From assembly GCA_002189035.1 (NCBI GenBank), contig NEEC01000002.1, positions 5,022,001-5,086,000 on the forward strand: a stretch of DNA of 64,000 nucleotides, in the 5' to 3' direction. Source of the stretch: Utricularia gibba. Its lineage: Eukaryota; Plantae; Magnoliophyta. The notes beneath the pieces are model-generated. The model had not been told where the DNA came from. It saw only the letters and a program-made list of their open reading frames with translations, and ran no database searches. The translations under genes and the position numbers were made by a program. Shown one piece after another: positions 13,221-25,142 of the stretch; within the stretch, counting starts at the first letter, position 1, and every line of letters begins with the position of its first letter.

Positions 13221-15573
13221 GTTGCTACAATGCATTCATCAAACTATACATCAACAAATCAAAAAAATCCATCTTATCATTTAAAAATACCATGGTGATT
13301 AACAAAAATATCCATCCATAATGAAGTCAGATCAGACTACACTACATGGAATGCATACAGAATTTCTTCCTAATTCAATGGATCTGATAAAATGCTAAAA
13401 ATACAATCAACCATGGTAAAGAACATATTTTTAAAAGAAAAAATGGTAAAGAAAAACCAAGTTATCATGTCATCATAGTGTGAGGAATGAGATCTAATGT
13501 TTGTACCAGATTGATTTTTTAATTCTTGAATAAGAAGCTCTGCAGTTCATTGTTGTTGTCTCAAAAGTATCATTTGCTGCCCCTATTTGATTAATTGCAG
13601 TGTTAGTATGGTGCCTTTTCTAGAAAATAACAAAAGAAACATGTAAAACCTATGCATAGGGGCCGCAATTTTTGCAAAGAAGAAGCTTGGACCGAAACTA
13701 TATCCAATGCAATGCCTACAACATGAACATAAAAGCCTTAACAAATGATTTTCAAAAAATTTCTGAAAAAATGTGTAGACTTCTCCATAAATGACAACAT
13801 TGTCACCAAAACACACAAAATTACTTGTTTTTCAGTTCTATCAGATTGGGAAAAAATGGAACCCAGAAATGAATTCATATTTTTTTTTTTTTTTTGAAGA
13901 AGCTAGCATCCCTGTTCGAGAAGAAATATAACCCAAAAAAATGTCAAAAATGGAAGCTCTAGACTTGTGGAATCCGAAGTAAAGAATGGAAAAACGAACT
14001 TAAAAATTGTCGGGAATCAGAATGATTGATCATTTAAGAATGAGCTAAATTGTAGCACTTAGAGACGTCAATTGACAAAACCCTTTCTCACAAATCTCGC
14101 TAGATGGTCTACTAAGAGAGGAAACTCGATTAGAAGGAGGGGGAATTTCGATTGGAAACAATACGAGACATAAAAATGAGAATGTTAATAAACTAGGGAT
14201 TTTAGCAAGTCTATGAAAAGGGTAAGTTTTCCTCCTTTTCCCTTCACACGTGCCAAAAAAACAAAAATTAAACCAAAAAACACTTACATTTTCAACAAAA
14301 CAATGAATTTAGTGGCAAGTTCACTAATTTTGATAATATAGAGGCACATTGGCTAATATTACTTAATGTTGGGTGGCACATTCTCAAATTTTTCTCCATT
14401 TATAATAGACCTTCAAATTATTGTCTTATATTTTGCTTCACATCTTTCATATGATATTAAAACAATTTCTTTCTTTTTTTCTTTCTTTAAAATTCATTGA
14501 TCACTTTTTTTTCTCTCTCAAAAAAAATGTCAAAAACTTTGTTCTTCTTCTCATTCAACTTTATTTCAGCATAATTGATAGTAGTATAACTATTAAAGGC
14601 AGCGATAATGATAATGATACACATAAGACTAGTATTTTTTTAACAATTTTATTTGCATCAATCATTGGCTTAAGAACATGATAGAATTAAAAAAAATTAA
14701 GGGACTATGATTCAATTAACATGTTTATAAGGAACATAACATTGAATTCATCCTTTTTAAAATGGATCAAATAAAGTAAAATTGAACCCATATTCTCCTA
14801 CATATTTTTTTATCAACCCATGATTTCTATTTGAATTTTTTCTTTGAATTAGTCCTTTTTTTAGCTATATAAGAAGAGCATTACTTTAAATGATGGATAA
14901 CTCTTGATGAAATATATTTCGAATGCTATGTTTTTTCTTTGAGTTTCTTGAAGAATATTAGATCTATAAAATGTTACTTATAATGCCTAGTATAATTCAT
15001 CAATATCATATTCTTTTGCAAGACTAATGTCATAAAAGATAGATTGGGTTGCAAGAATAATGATCCATTGAGAGTCATCTTTTTCTAGTGAATGACAAGA
15101 GGGGTTGTGAATCGTAGATGATCAAAGGAAGTTACTCTCCCAATGGCTACGATATACTATGAAGAAATATTCTACTCAAATTTCAAAAAAATCTACTTAA
15201 TATATTTGTGAGTTGTATATATAAAGAAGAATTCTAACCTATAAAAGAAAGAAGTTAGATACGCTTTATGGGCAAAAAATCAAAATCTCAGTGATTCCAC
15301 ATTTGATTGTAACCGTTCACAAATACAGTAGCATATGGGTTTGGCAATCACTTTGTATCGAGAATAATTTCTGAATTCGAGTTTGCTGGTTTATTTCTGC
15401 ACTTCCTTAGGCTTCTTTGGTTCATCATGAAGTAATGTGTACGGTACATGGACTTGTACTGCCAAAAAATGTTCTATAGGGATGCAGTTTCATGAGGAAT
15501 TTGTTCCAGAGGACCAACCCCTTAATCTTGTAAGCTCTAACTACATTCAAAGAATCATCATCACCCATGACAT

Positions 15574-18423
15574 TCAAATCTGGAAGTCTGGTGTGTAAGC
15601 CCCATGAGTCTCAGCAGCCAGGAGCTGAGGAAGGATAGAAGAATAGCTTCCATGCGTGGCAGATTGCAATACTGAGCTACGGGCAACTCTCTTGCTCAGT
15701 GTCTCAATTGGGTTCTCTTCTTCAGTCTGATCACCTCTTTGAAGGTTGTTCCCTATCAGGCAGCAAGTTAAATTCGATCAAACAACGCCCAGTTTTTGTG
15801 AAGCATGTGGTGTGTTTTTCACCTTTTGCTGCGGTAGGCCGAGTAATGCAGAGCCATATCCTTTCATCCTCTCTCTCAAGTTCTGATGCAATGGGAATGT
15901 GCCAGTGGCCTTGAGCAGATTCCTGGATATTTGTGTGAATTTCCAAGTTCAGCAGACTATTGCAAAATGGTCAATAAAATGCTCGTAATGTGTTCATAAT
16001 ACTGATACTATCCTATTAATTCAATCGGGGCAAGAAAACAAGAATAGTGCAGTTCATAAAACGATTCATGCTTTACATCAAGTTGGTTTGGCTCCAAAAT
16101 AAAGTCACAAATGAGGAACAAGAAGCTTAATGAATGCTGAATGCACTACCTGTATGACAATAGAATATGGAGGTGGCATATGGAATACCGGCCCTGTGTC
16201 ATCAAAGCTAAAATGAACCTACAACAGGAAGCCATCCTCCATTAAGAACTTGACCTTGGAGCAAGCATGTATATGAAGATTACCAGAGAGGTCATCCATT
16301 ATCTGCACTTACTTGATGCCTTTCCTTCCATTTTGGGAAGAAGTCATCCCCCAATAGTTGGAAAAGATGGTCCCTCATCTCATCATTTGTTACAATTAAG
16401 CATCTCATTTTTATGGCTGCATACAACCAGTACCTGAAAGGAGGCTTGTTTCTGTGCATTGGATAAGGAACTTACATACTATTCATCAGGGAGTCCTCAC
16501 CAATCATCATTTGATCCACTGGGTGTTGCGTAGATAGCATCAGCATTTCTCCACTTCTCTATCAAGGATTTGTTGAAAGGATGATCCATCTTCCCACCGC
16601 TAATACGCCTGTGGTGCAAAACAAGCAATGGCCATTTTCTCGAGGGAAGCATCTGACGAATGCCATTGACAACTGCATGAACCTGATTATTGATAGAATA
16701 TAGAGTTTGAGAAGAGGTTGATGCCCGAACAAAAAATGTGTAGATCCGTTATGTATCACTCACTTTAGATGGTTTGAATTTTCGATGGTTGTTTAGGCCA
16801 ACATTTGCAGCATCTACCACAGCCTCAAAAGGCCCATAATATTCAAGCCATTTCTGCAATCACTCATTTTCATCAGGGCACAACATTGGCCAGGCAAGAA
16901 AAACAAAGTTAACCTACTTGAAACTTCTGAAAGCTTGAATTCCTCTCCTTCCTTGAAGCAATAGAGGCCACAGAATCCGCAAATTTTTCAGTTTCCACCG
17001 GATCAAGGTCAATGCTAACCAACTTCTCACCACAAGCATTGCAAAATCCAGCTGAACTGACAGAAGATCGGCAGACAATCCATTTTCCTTTCCCCAACCA
17101 ACCTTTTCCATGCCATCCTCCTCCATTTGACCTTGGCTCGACTATAAGTTCTGGATCCCACTTTCTTTTACCAACTCTGGAAGCTAGTTTGCTATGAAAC
17201 CAACCCTCTATCAAATCTGCTGTTGTTGGTGAAACTTTTCTCACACTTTCCCTTAGTTTCTGCAAAATGTAGTAAACCTTGTCACTCTTTCCTGCTTCTA
17301 TGCTAACTTTTAGAAGAGCTTGTAGTTCGGGCTCCTCTGGTTTCACACCATGCTCGATCATGTGATTCTCCACCTTAAACGCACTCACAACATCCCCATT
17401 ACTGCAGAAAGTGGCAAGAGCAGGACTATAGGATCTTAGTCTAGGATCTATACCACATGCCTTCATTTTCTTTACTATTTCAAATGCTAGATCACCATCA
17501 CCAACGGCCATAGCCATTCTAGCTGCCGAGGTATATATCGCTTCATTCATTGGAATGTTTTCCAAGAGCATTTCGTTGTATATCTCCAATCCCTTCTCAA
17601 TTGCAATTCTCTTCATGTCTTCATTAACCTGAATCTCACCCCTCTTTTCTCCATCGCTATTCTTCTTTATGTGTGCAACCAATCCATCTAATGTGTCCGG
17701 AAAAGTCTCCACGCACCCGTCATCAGTTTCTCCACTACGAAACAGAGCAACATATTCAATTTTCTCAACTGGTTTCAAACTCTGGTTCCCACTCTTTCCA
17801 GGCTTTACGGTTCCAGCAGCTGCAGAAGAACAAAGATACAAAAGAACACCGAAATGGTACTGATTCATCTCAACCCCTTCCGTCTTTGCTAAATCATAAA
17901 GCCTAATAGCACCCATGAAATCACCGGTTTTCGAGCACAAATCCAACCCAGCCCTCAGAGTATCCCCTCCCGGTGAATTAATTTCCCCATTCTTCTTCTT
18001 CTTCTTCTTCCTCTTCCTATTTTCCCTCTGTTCAGAACTATCATCCTTAACAACTCTCTTTTCTCTTTTCACCCTCCCATTAAGCTCCGTAGCAGACAGC
18101 AAGGCTTTATCCTCGGAATCAGAATCACGCTGATTCGTGCCATGAGGTTTCCGGGTCTCGGGAAGAAAACCCACATCATCACTAGCACTGGTAGCAGCAG
18201 TAAGAGTGCTGCTTGCTGAAAGCTGCAGCGTTGTGGCTTGAGGAGCAATGCGTCTTCCACTTCTGCGCGTGCTGCTGGGAAAAGGGGGGAACGAGAGAGA
18301 ATCGAGAGAGGGGTGATAAGCAGAGTGGGTGAAACAGCAAAGCGTGATGATTCGGAGCTGGAGCTGGTGAGCTCCTCGCATGAGTTTCGGAGTCCAGAGA
18401 AACGAAGACAAGACAGTATCCAT
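15574..18423 (-). CDS. PRORP1: Proteinaceous RNase P (PPR plus NYN metallonuclease), organellar PRORP1-like; 7 exons
   Basis: Exon 1 (18423 to about 16917) encodes a transit-peptide-like N-terminus, PPR repeats (LDLCSKTGD, RLRSYSPAL) and the C-x-x-C zinc site. Later GT-AG exons give WLEYYGPFEAVVDAANVG, SNDDWYWLYAA, VTNDEMRDH, HMPPPYSIVIQES and end DFQI* (stop 15574-15576). The catalytic Asp residues are intact. Confidence 0.96.
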
Positions 18424-19158
18424 TCTCCATGTTTATGCCATCGCCATTCTCAGCGTTTTCGCTACAAGCTTATCCTGTCAAATCCTACGTGTAATTTTCC
18501 CTCATTTTTCAATTTTGTTTAAATTTTCAGCTTCATTCTTTTTCTTAAAAAAAAAACAATTAACATATGCGAAAATAGCAATGTCCCCGAAACGCGACAC
18601 TCGTCTCCATGGCTGGTGTCGTGTTCCACTCAATTCCACGGATTCCTTCACATAACTGTAGCCTGCAGACAGATGTTACTTCGGGTACGGCTTCACGGAA
18701 ATAGAAGACGGTGAGATAAAGAGTTCCTTTTGATTGCAATCTTGGAACCTTTGTTCGTTTTTTAATGTTGGGTGGTCGGTGAATCGGCGGGAGATCGTGA
18801 TTTTGGGTAAAGTTGCCCTTTTAGGACTTTCTTAGTCGGGGCCAGTTGCGTTCTTCCCCTGTTTTACCTTCAAGTACGTACGACAATTTTCTTGAACCAT
18901 CAGGAACTGCTAAGCCAAGTAGGGGAAGGTGTTGGGATAAGGTGCTCGTTTTCTTCATTATTTTAATGTTTGACATGTTGAAAGAATTTCAGCACGGGTG
19001 CCACCTGTTGCACTTTGCAATCTTTTTATGAAAATTGCAGACTCGCATGCATATTTACTAAGAAACTGGAGCTTTTTTGTGTTTATTAGAGTCTCTGCCA
19101 CCGATAAATCTTGAATGTGTATGTGGAAGTTGTCCCAGAGGTGAGATCGGAGTAGGCT
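18424..19158. promoter_or_regulatory. Short divergent (head-to-head) promoter and 5' leader region shared by PRORP and the sugar transporter
   Basis: The two start codons are only 735 bp apart and face away from each other. A likely leader exon lies at about 18660-18710 with donor GTGAGA. Confidence 0.55.
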
Positions 19159-22100
19159 ATGTTTCGAGAAAGTATTCGAGATCTGCATAGACTTTCACCA
19201 AGGCGTAAGCAATCTATGGTATCAAGTGATTCAGTTGATTCTAGGGATGTCAAGAACTACACGGGTAAATCTGAAGCGTGTGCTGTGAGTGCATTTTGTC
19301 TTGATTTTTTTGTTTTTTTTATCGGGAGATTATTGCCTTATAGCCTTAAGCTTCTGAAAGGACATTTTCGTTTTTTCCAAAGTGTTGATATGATTGTATG
19401 TCTTGAATTATATTGTTGTAAAGTCTGAATCTTCAAGGCATGACGGTCTAACAAGTAACGAGTTTTTTTCTTTAAAAAAATACTGGTTCTGCCAGGTCGG
19501 ACGGTAGTTTAAGTACAGTATCTTATATGATGTTTGTAAGTATGATCCTAGAACTTCCCCGAATAGAATCATGTGATTAGCGTCTCCGAGAGCAGTTTTT
19601 GAATGACCTTTCTCGTACTGTAAATATTGGCTTTGATCTCTGGGGTATATGGGATGCCATGATGTAGTTTCTGTTTCCGTCTCGTATGCCTATATTTAAA
19701 CTTTGAATCAAAATTCATTTGCTTCACTGGGACGAGTGTGAAACACAATACACATACTTGTTTTTTGTATTTAATTGAGTATTCATAGTCATTTGAGATT
19801 TTATATAATTTCAGACCAAGATTCTACAATTCCAGACTGGAAGCTGTCCTTTCCACATGTCATTGTAGCTTCTCTCGTTCCCTTCTTATTTGGCTATCAC
19901 CTGGGTTAGTAACAAGGGAAAAAATTATTTTATTGTTTTGCTCTATTTCTTGTATCCATAAGAAGTTAAAGTTGTTTATTTGAACAGTGTTGTGAATGAA
20001 CCACTTGAAGTGATATCCAGAGATCTTGGTTTTAATGGCAATACCCTGCAGGAAGGCAAGTCAATAAAGTTATTCTGTCAATTTTATGTGTAGCGATCAT
20101 ATCTAATTTTCTTGTATGCTCAGGTTTGGTGGTTAGCACTTGTCTTGCTGGTGCCTTTATTGGATCAACGTTGAGTGGTTGGGTTGCTGATGAAATTGGG
20201 CGCCGTAGAGCCTTCCAGCTTTGTTCTTTCCCTATGATCATTGGTGCCTTCTTTTGGTACTTTAAGCCATTCATTAAACATATTTGATTCTGGAGTAGCA
20301 TTTATCAATATGGTATATGTATAGGTTGTTTAAGACTGCCGTCTAACTTTGTGTGTGGATGCTGCTTATTATTGCCTTTTTCTGTTTAAAATGTAAAAAA
20401 TGAGCTTTGTTGTCTGCATTGAAATTTGAACAAGAAATATTCAATTTTGCAGCGCAACTTCTAGAACTTACACTGCCATGCTTATTGGAAGATTCTTGGT
20501 TGGTATTGGCTTAGGCATAGGTCCTCCTGTTGCATCGCTGTATATAACAGAGGTAGGCCGCCTCCAAGCATGTTTCTGGTTTCCTGATGCTTTCATAACG
20601 TGTTTTATTAGCCCTTACAACATTCAAGTTTCACACAGATATCGCCTGCAAATGTGAGGGGTACTTACGGGAGCATGATTCAAATTGCAACTTGTTTTGG
20701 TCTTCTTTGTGCTCTCTTGACTGGTATTCCAGTCAGGAAAGTGGTCGGCTGGTAATCATGTATTGAAAGTAACTTTTAGCGAAAAAAAAAGACTTGCCCA
20801 CCTTTATGCTATTAAATGCATGTTTGCACAGGTGGCGCTTTTGTTTCTGGTTATCAATGGCTCCTGCTTTACTTCTCATTGTTTTAATGACGTTTTGTGC
20901 TGAATCTCCACTTTGGTTGTACAAGGTATTGAGTCTTTTGTCTTCTATATTTCGATCCGATTGCATTTTGTATTTTTTTTAATTTAATTTTTTTTCGTAA
21001 TTCTTACCATTTGTTCTATCATGTTAGAGAGGGAGAGATGCAGATGCCGAAGCTGAATTTGAGAGGCTTCTTGGAGTTCCTCAAGCGAAGTCTGCGATGC
21101 TGGATTTGTCGAAATTAGATAGAGAAGATGGAAGTGACACCATAAAGGTTGGAGAGTTGCTCTGTGGCAGGCATTCTAGAGGTTGTATATTTTTGCTAAC
21201 TTGGGAACCCTATATTTCCCATTCATAATCACCGATAAACTGCTTCATCTCTTATGTTTTTTTTTTTTTTTTTTTTTTGAAGTTGCATTTACATAATGTT
21301 TTTGTGTAAGTAACACTGAAACTCTTTTGCAGTTGTTTTTATTGGATCAACCCTATTTGCTTTACAACAGCTTTCTGGAATAAATGCTGTGTTTTATTTT
21401 TCTTCAACTGTATTTAGACGTGCTGGAGTTTCCTCAAACTTGGCAAATGTTGCTGTTGGAATCGTAAATTTAATCGGTGAGCAACTGTTTTTGTTGTGTT
21501 ATTCTTTCACTTTTTTCTTATTCCTTGAATTTCTGCTACCGCACTTGTTTATGCCTCAAAATTACCTTTTGCGGATATTTGATTACTCCGTGCAGGTTCA
21601 GTTGTTGCCTTGGGATTGATGGACATACTGGGAAGGAAGGCCCTTCTTCTATGGAGCTTTCTTGGAATGGTATCGTCACCTTGTCTCAGCGGGTTTTTTT
21701 TTTTCTTTTTTAGAATCCTGACATCCACATCCTTTCTGCGAGCTCGTATTCCATTATACCATTTAAGCAATCCCAGTGTTCCGAAGATGTGATCACAGTT
21801 AGCTTTCGAGTAGCACGTTGCTATCTTTTTATGCACTCTGATGGTGTACTTGATCTTTGAAAGCCTCATCGCCCACCTCACATGTGCGTTGCCTTGCTCA
21901 CCAGGCGCTGTCTATGTCTGTCCAAGTTCTTGCAGCCTCATTATCCGCATCGCATCAGTTCGTGTTTTCGCTTTCTGTAGGAGGAATGCTAATGTGAGTC
22001 TTCATAATAATACCTTGCAAAAAAAGTTGGCTCTGAAATACATTGTGTTACGGGTGAGATGATATTCGTTCAGGTTTGTCCTGACGTTCGCCATTGGAGC

Positions 22101-22455
22101 CGGGCCGGTGCCGGCTCTTTTGCTCCCCGAAATACTCCCAAGTCGGATCAGAGCTAAAGCCATGGCGCTATGCATGTCCGTGCACTGGGTATGGAACGCT
22201 CCCTTTAACTACTCCGATCACCATTGCTCCTTGCAGCAAGCCCCTGGTGACTTGTGTGTTCCCCAGGTGTTGAACTTCCTCGTGGGGCTGCTGTTTCTGC
22301 GCTTGCTCGACCTGTTGGGTCCGCAGCTGCTGTACTCTATGTTCGGCACATTCTGTTTCCTGGCCGTTGCGTTTGTGAAGCACAACGTGGTGGAAACAAA
22401 AGGGAGATCGCTTCAAGAGATCGAGATCTCTCTCCTCCCTCCGGACGGCGTCTGA
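19159..22455 (+). CDS. MFS sugar porter, probable plastidic glucose transporter 2/SGB1-like; about 13 coding exons
   Basis: Spliced exons read PDWKLSFPHV...FGYHLGVVNEPLE, DEIGRRRAFQ, GRFLVGIGLG, AESPLWL, LQQLSGINAVFYFSS, GAGPVPALLLPEI, ETKGRSLQEIE. One intron is GC-AG. Confidence 0.95.
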
Positions 22456-23078
22456 GGGTCCGGCCACCGGTGAATGTGACTGCGGGCTGGAGAAGAAGCT
22501 CTTTCTCTCTCTCTCTGGTAGCAGCATGTGTATTGAATAATGAAATATGTCTAGATGTTTCATAGGCATTATAAACGAATAACTAGGACTACAAAATGGT
22601 CTAATGTTTCCTAATAATTTTTTATTCGGAAAAATTAATAACCAAAAAAAAAAGAAAACTCAACCTACTAGAGAGCAACGTCATGTAACTTCTTGTCAGT
22701 GGTCTTTTGATAGATAGACGAAAAATTGGGATATTTAAAAAATACCCCAACAATATCGCTAATATCATTGAGGTCAACCGTACGCGATTCCCGGAGCGTG
22801 CACATCCAACCCCAATTTACTCACTTTTTTATACCGCACATATGTTATGTTATATAATGAAATAGTTTAGAATGATGTAAAAGAGTGATGGTTGACGCAT
22901 CACGTTGCCCTTATGGTGGCCTTTGTTGGGAAACCTGTTTCATTGACTAGTTCAAGTATTCGTGGTTGTTTCAGTAATGTTGTATCAACAACAACTATTG
23001 GCCCGATTTACTCACTATTATTACTTACAAGAATCTCACATAAGTAAGTAATGGAATTCCGTGAAAACGAAGATGATT

Positions 23079-23739
23079 TCATAGTGAGAGTCTGAGCTCC
23101 AGGTCTATATCTGTGGAACCCCCTCTTGCTTCTGATCTCATGGAATCCATCTCCACCTCCTGAGACGTGAACGATGAACCCCAGGCAACGCAGTTAGCCG
23201 TAGTGGATGTGCGGCAATGGAATGAATGAGTAAAGCCATGAGCTCACCTTGGCATGGGACTCGAAGAAGGGTCTAGTAGCATGCGGGCCAACCGAGACTG
23301 GTTCTACTGGTGCATCTCTATGCTGCCATCTGCTTAAAGTGAAGGTCTGGTTAAGCAAATGAACATGAAGACGTTACGGGTAAGTAGGATCAGACGGTCA
23401 CCTCGGAATAGCGTGGATGATAGGCTCTCCATACACGAAATTCGACGTACTCGGATCCGGCAAACCAACCTGCAAAAACTTCCATGTCAGATTCAAAATG
23501 CCACCACCTCGATTGTTAAATTCAAAACAGTTTATGCAGACCAGATAGGCAAGCGGTGATAGATGGGGAGGAGTATCGTGAAAAGCAATGCCCCCCTCCA
23601 TCTGACTGCTCATCCGGATCTTCTCAAGCTGTGCAACGCCAAGTCCCCTTTGCGGCTGTTTCGATGACTTCTTGGACTTTCTCGGGGTGGAAGAGGACAC
23701 CGGGAACCGGGTCTGATCGCCCAGAAAGTTGCTCCCCAT
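23079..23739 (-). CDS. SPOROCYTELESS-like EAR repressor (SPEAR/TIE family); 4 exons
   Basis: N-terminal KQPQRGLGVAQLEKIR motif and C-terminal EAR motif DIDLELRLSL*. GT-AG junctions keep the frame. Confidence 0.9.
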
Positions 23740-25142
23740 CTCGGATCCCCGTTGCTGAAGCGGTCTTCCCCAGAATCAGCCCCCTTTTAAGGCGCCATCC
23801 TCCTTTCTCCATTAATGCGATCTCGCAGTTGATTGTGCGCAGATTCATTCCCCTTTTGACTGCATGGCAATCCATCCCGGAAGAATATTGTGCAGAGAGA
23901 GATCAGACTCGTCTTCCATATATCTTAGATTTATGGAATTGTACCGTACCTTCTTTATGACATGCTGTATTTTTCTCTACTGCAATCCATGATACTAACA
24001 AATGGAATGATCCCCACCCTATGCATATATGCAATGTAAAAAAGAGCCCCCCCCCCCCCCCCCATTATTTTATTTTATTTTATTTTATTTTTTGTAAAGG
24101 ATGGAATGGAGGGAGGGTAGGAGAGAGGGGGTGTAGGTGAGGTTAGAGAAGGGAATATCATTCGGATATGATCCAACATTAATGGTACGGGATCCGAAGG
24201 TGATTTGGAGGGGGTGCAATCAATTGATCCCTGAGCAGGTGGGCAGGGCATTCCCTGTTTCCAAAGGGACCTCATATTTCTCTATGCGTAGATTTAGATT
24301 TAGATTTGGTAGGGAATAGGAATTAGGGAATAGGGATTGACCTGCCCACCCACCCACCCATCTTTGGTACTGCAGGATGGGATGGGATGGGATGGGATGC
24401 GTCTCCCATGGAAGATTCACTTCCCATCTTTCATCCTACCATATACGATTTGGAAAAACCAAATTCAGGCAACGTTTGAAAATAACTTCTATCTTTCAGA
24501 CGAGGGTTACACTCAACAAGGCTCTCAAATAAGAATGGGTATAACGTTAAGCTACTCACTCACCTCATATTCAAATGGGACGGACGATGCCACACTAACA
24601 CACCCTTTCACATATTTTACACAAAATATGAGTGACTGCATGTCGTCCCATTAAGGAGATGTAACAAAAACAAACAAAGAAAAGTTAATAAGACAATAAT
24701 CATAGTTTGTGGTTGTATTGAACGTATTTATCGAAGTGATTACTCTAAAACTCTTTTTTTTATTTTCTCAATAAAATTTCTTTTATGATATACCGACACC
24801 TCCTTTTTTTTTTTGAATGATATCTTATTTACTGTTTCTCTACAATTTTAAACCTCTAATATTACGGATTTTGAATTGAATATAAATTTTAAGATAGCCA
24901 AGGATGCTGATTTTTTTGTGGAGTGTAGTTGAATGTAAATTCCCTGATAAAATCTTAAATCAGCTTTGAAATCTAGGACATGAATTGCAAAAGATTTTTC
25001 ATATTTGAATATATTCGAAAGGAATATTACGAAACAAATACTCCGGCTGCTTGAAGGCCCAGGCTCCGGCCCAGGACCGGTCGAATATGGGAGGGGCGTA
25101 GGATAAGAATAGGCGCCAAAACTGCTGGGAACCAAGATCCAA

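Larger units (their letters stand above)
8486..14396 (-). mobile_element. Mutator-like element with ~100-bp TIRs carrying transposase and ULP1-like protease remnants (Kaonashi-type)
   Basis: 8486-8580 is an inverted copy of 14305-14396 (GAAAAATTTGAGAATGTG(T/C)CACCCAACA(C/T)TAAGTAATATTAGCCAATGTGCC...). A perfect 10-bp TSD CATTTATAAT sits at 8476-8485 and 14397-14406. Confidence 0.92.

Noticed and set aside
15731-15946. ORF-track ending of PRORP at ...REQPSKR*
   Set aside because: A short GT-AG intron after PTAAK gives an in-frame last exon ending DFQI*, which fits PRORP1-type C-termini better.
16562-18655. Many short overlapping or antisense ORFs over PRORP
   Set aside because: They are shadow frames of a real CDS or intron read-through, with no independent motifs.
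22168-22569. 133-aa antisense ORF over the transporter 3' end
   Set aside because: It is a by-product of GC-rich codon usage on the opposite strand.
23556-23960. 134-aa plus-strand ORF
   Set aside because: It is antisense to SPEAR exon 1 and has no recognisable features.
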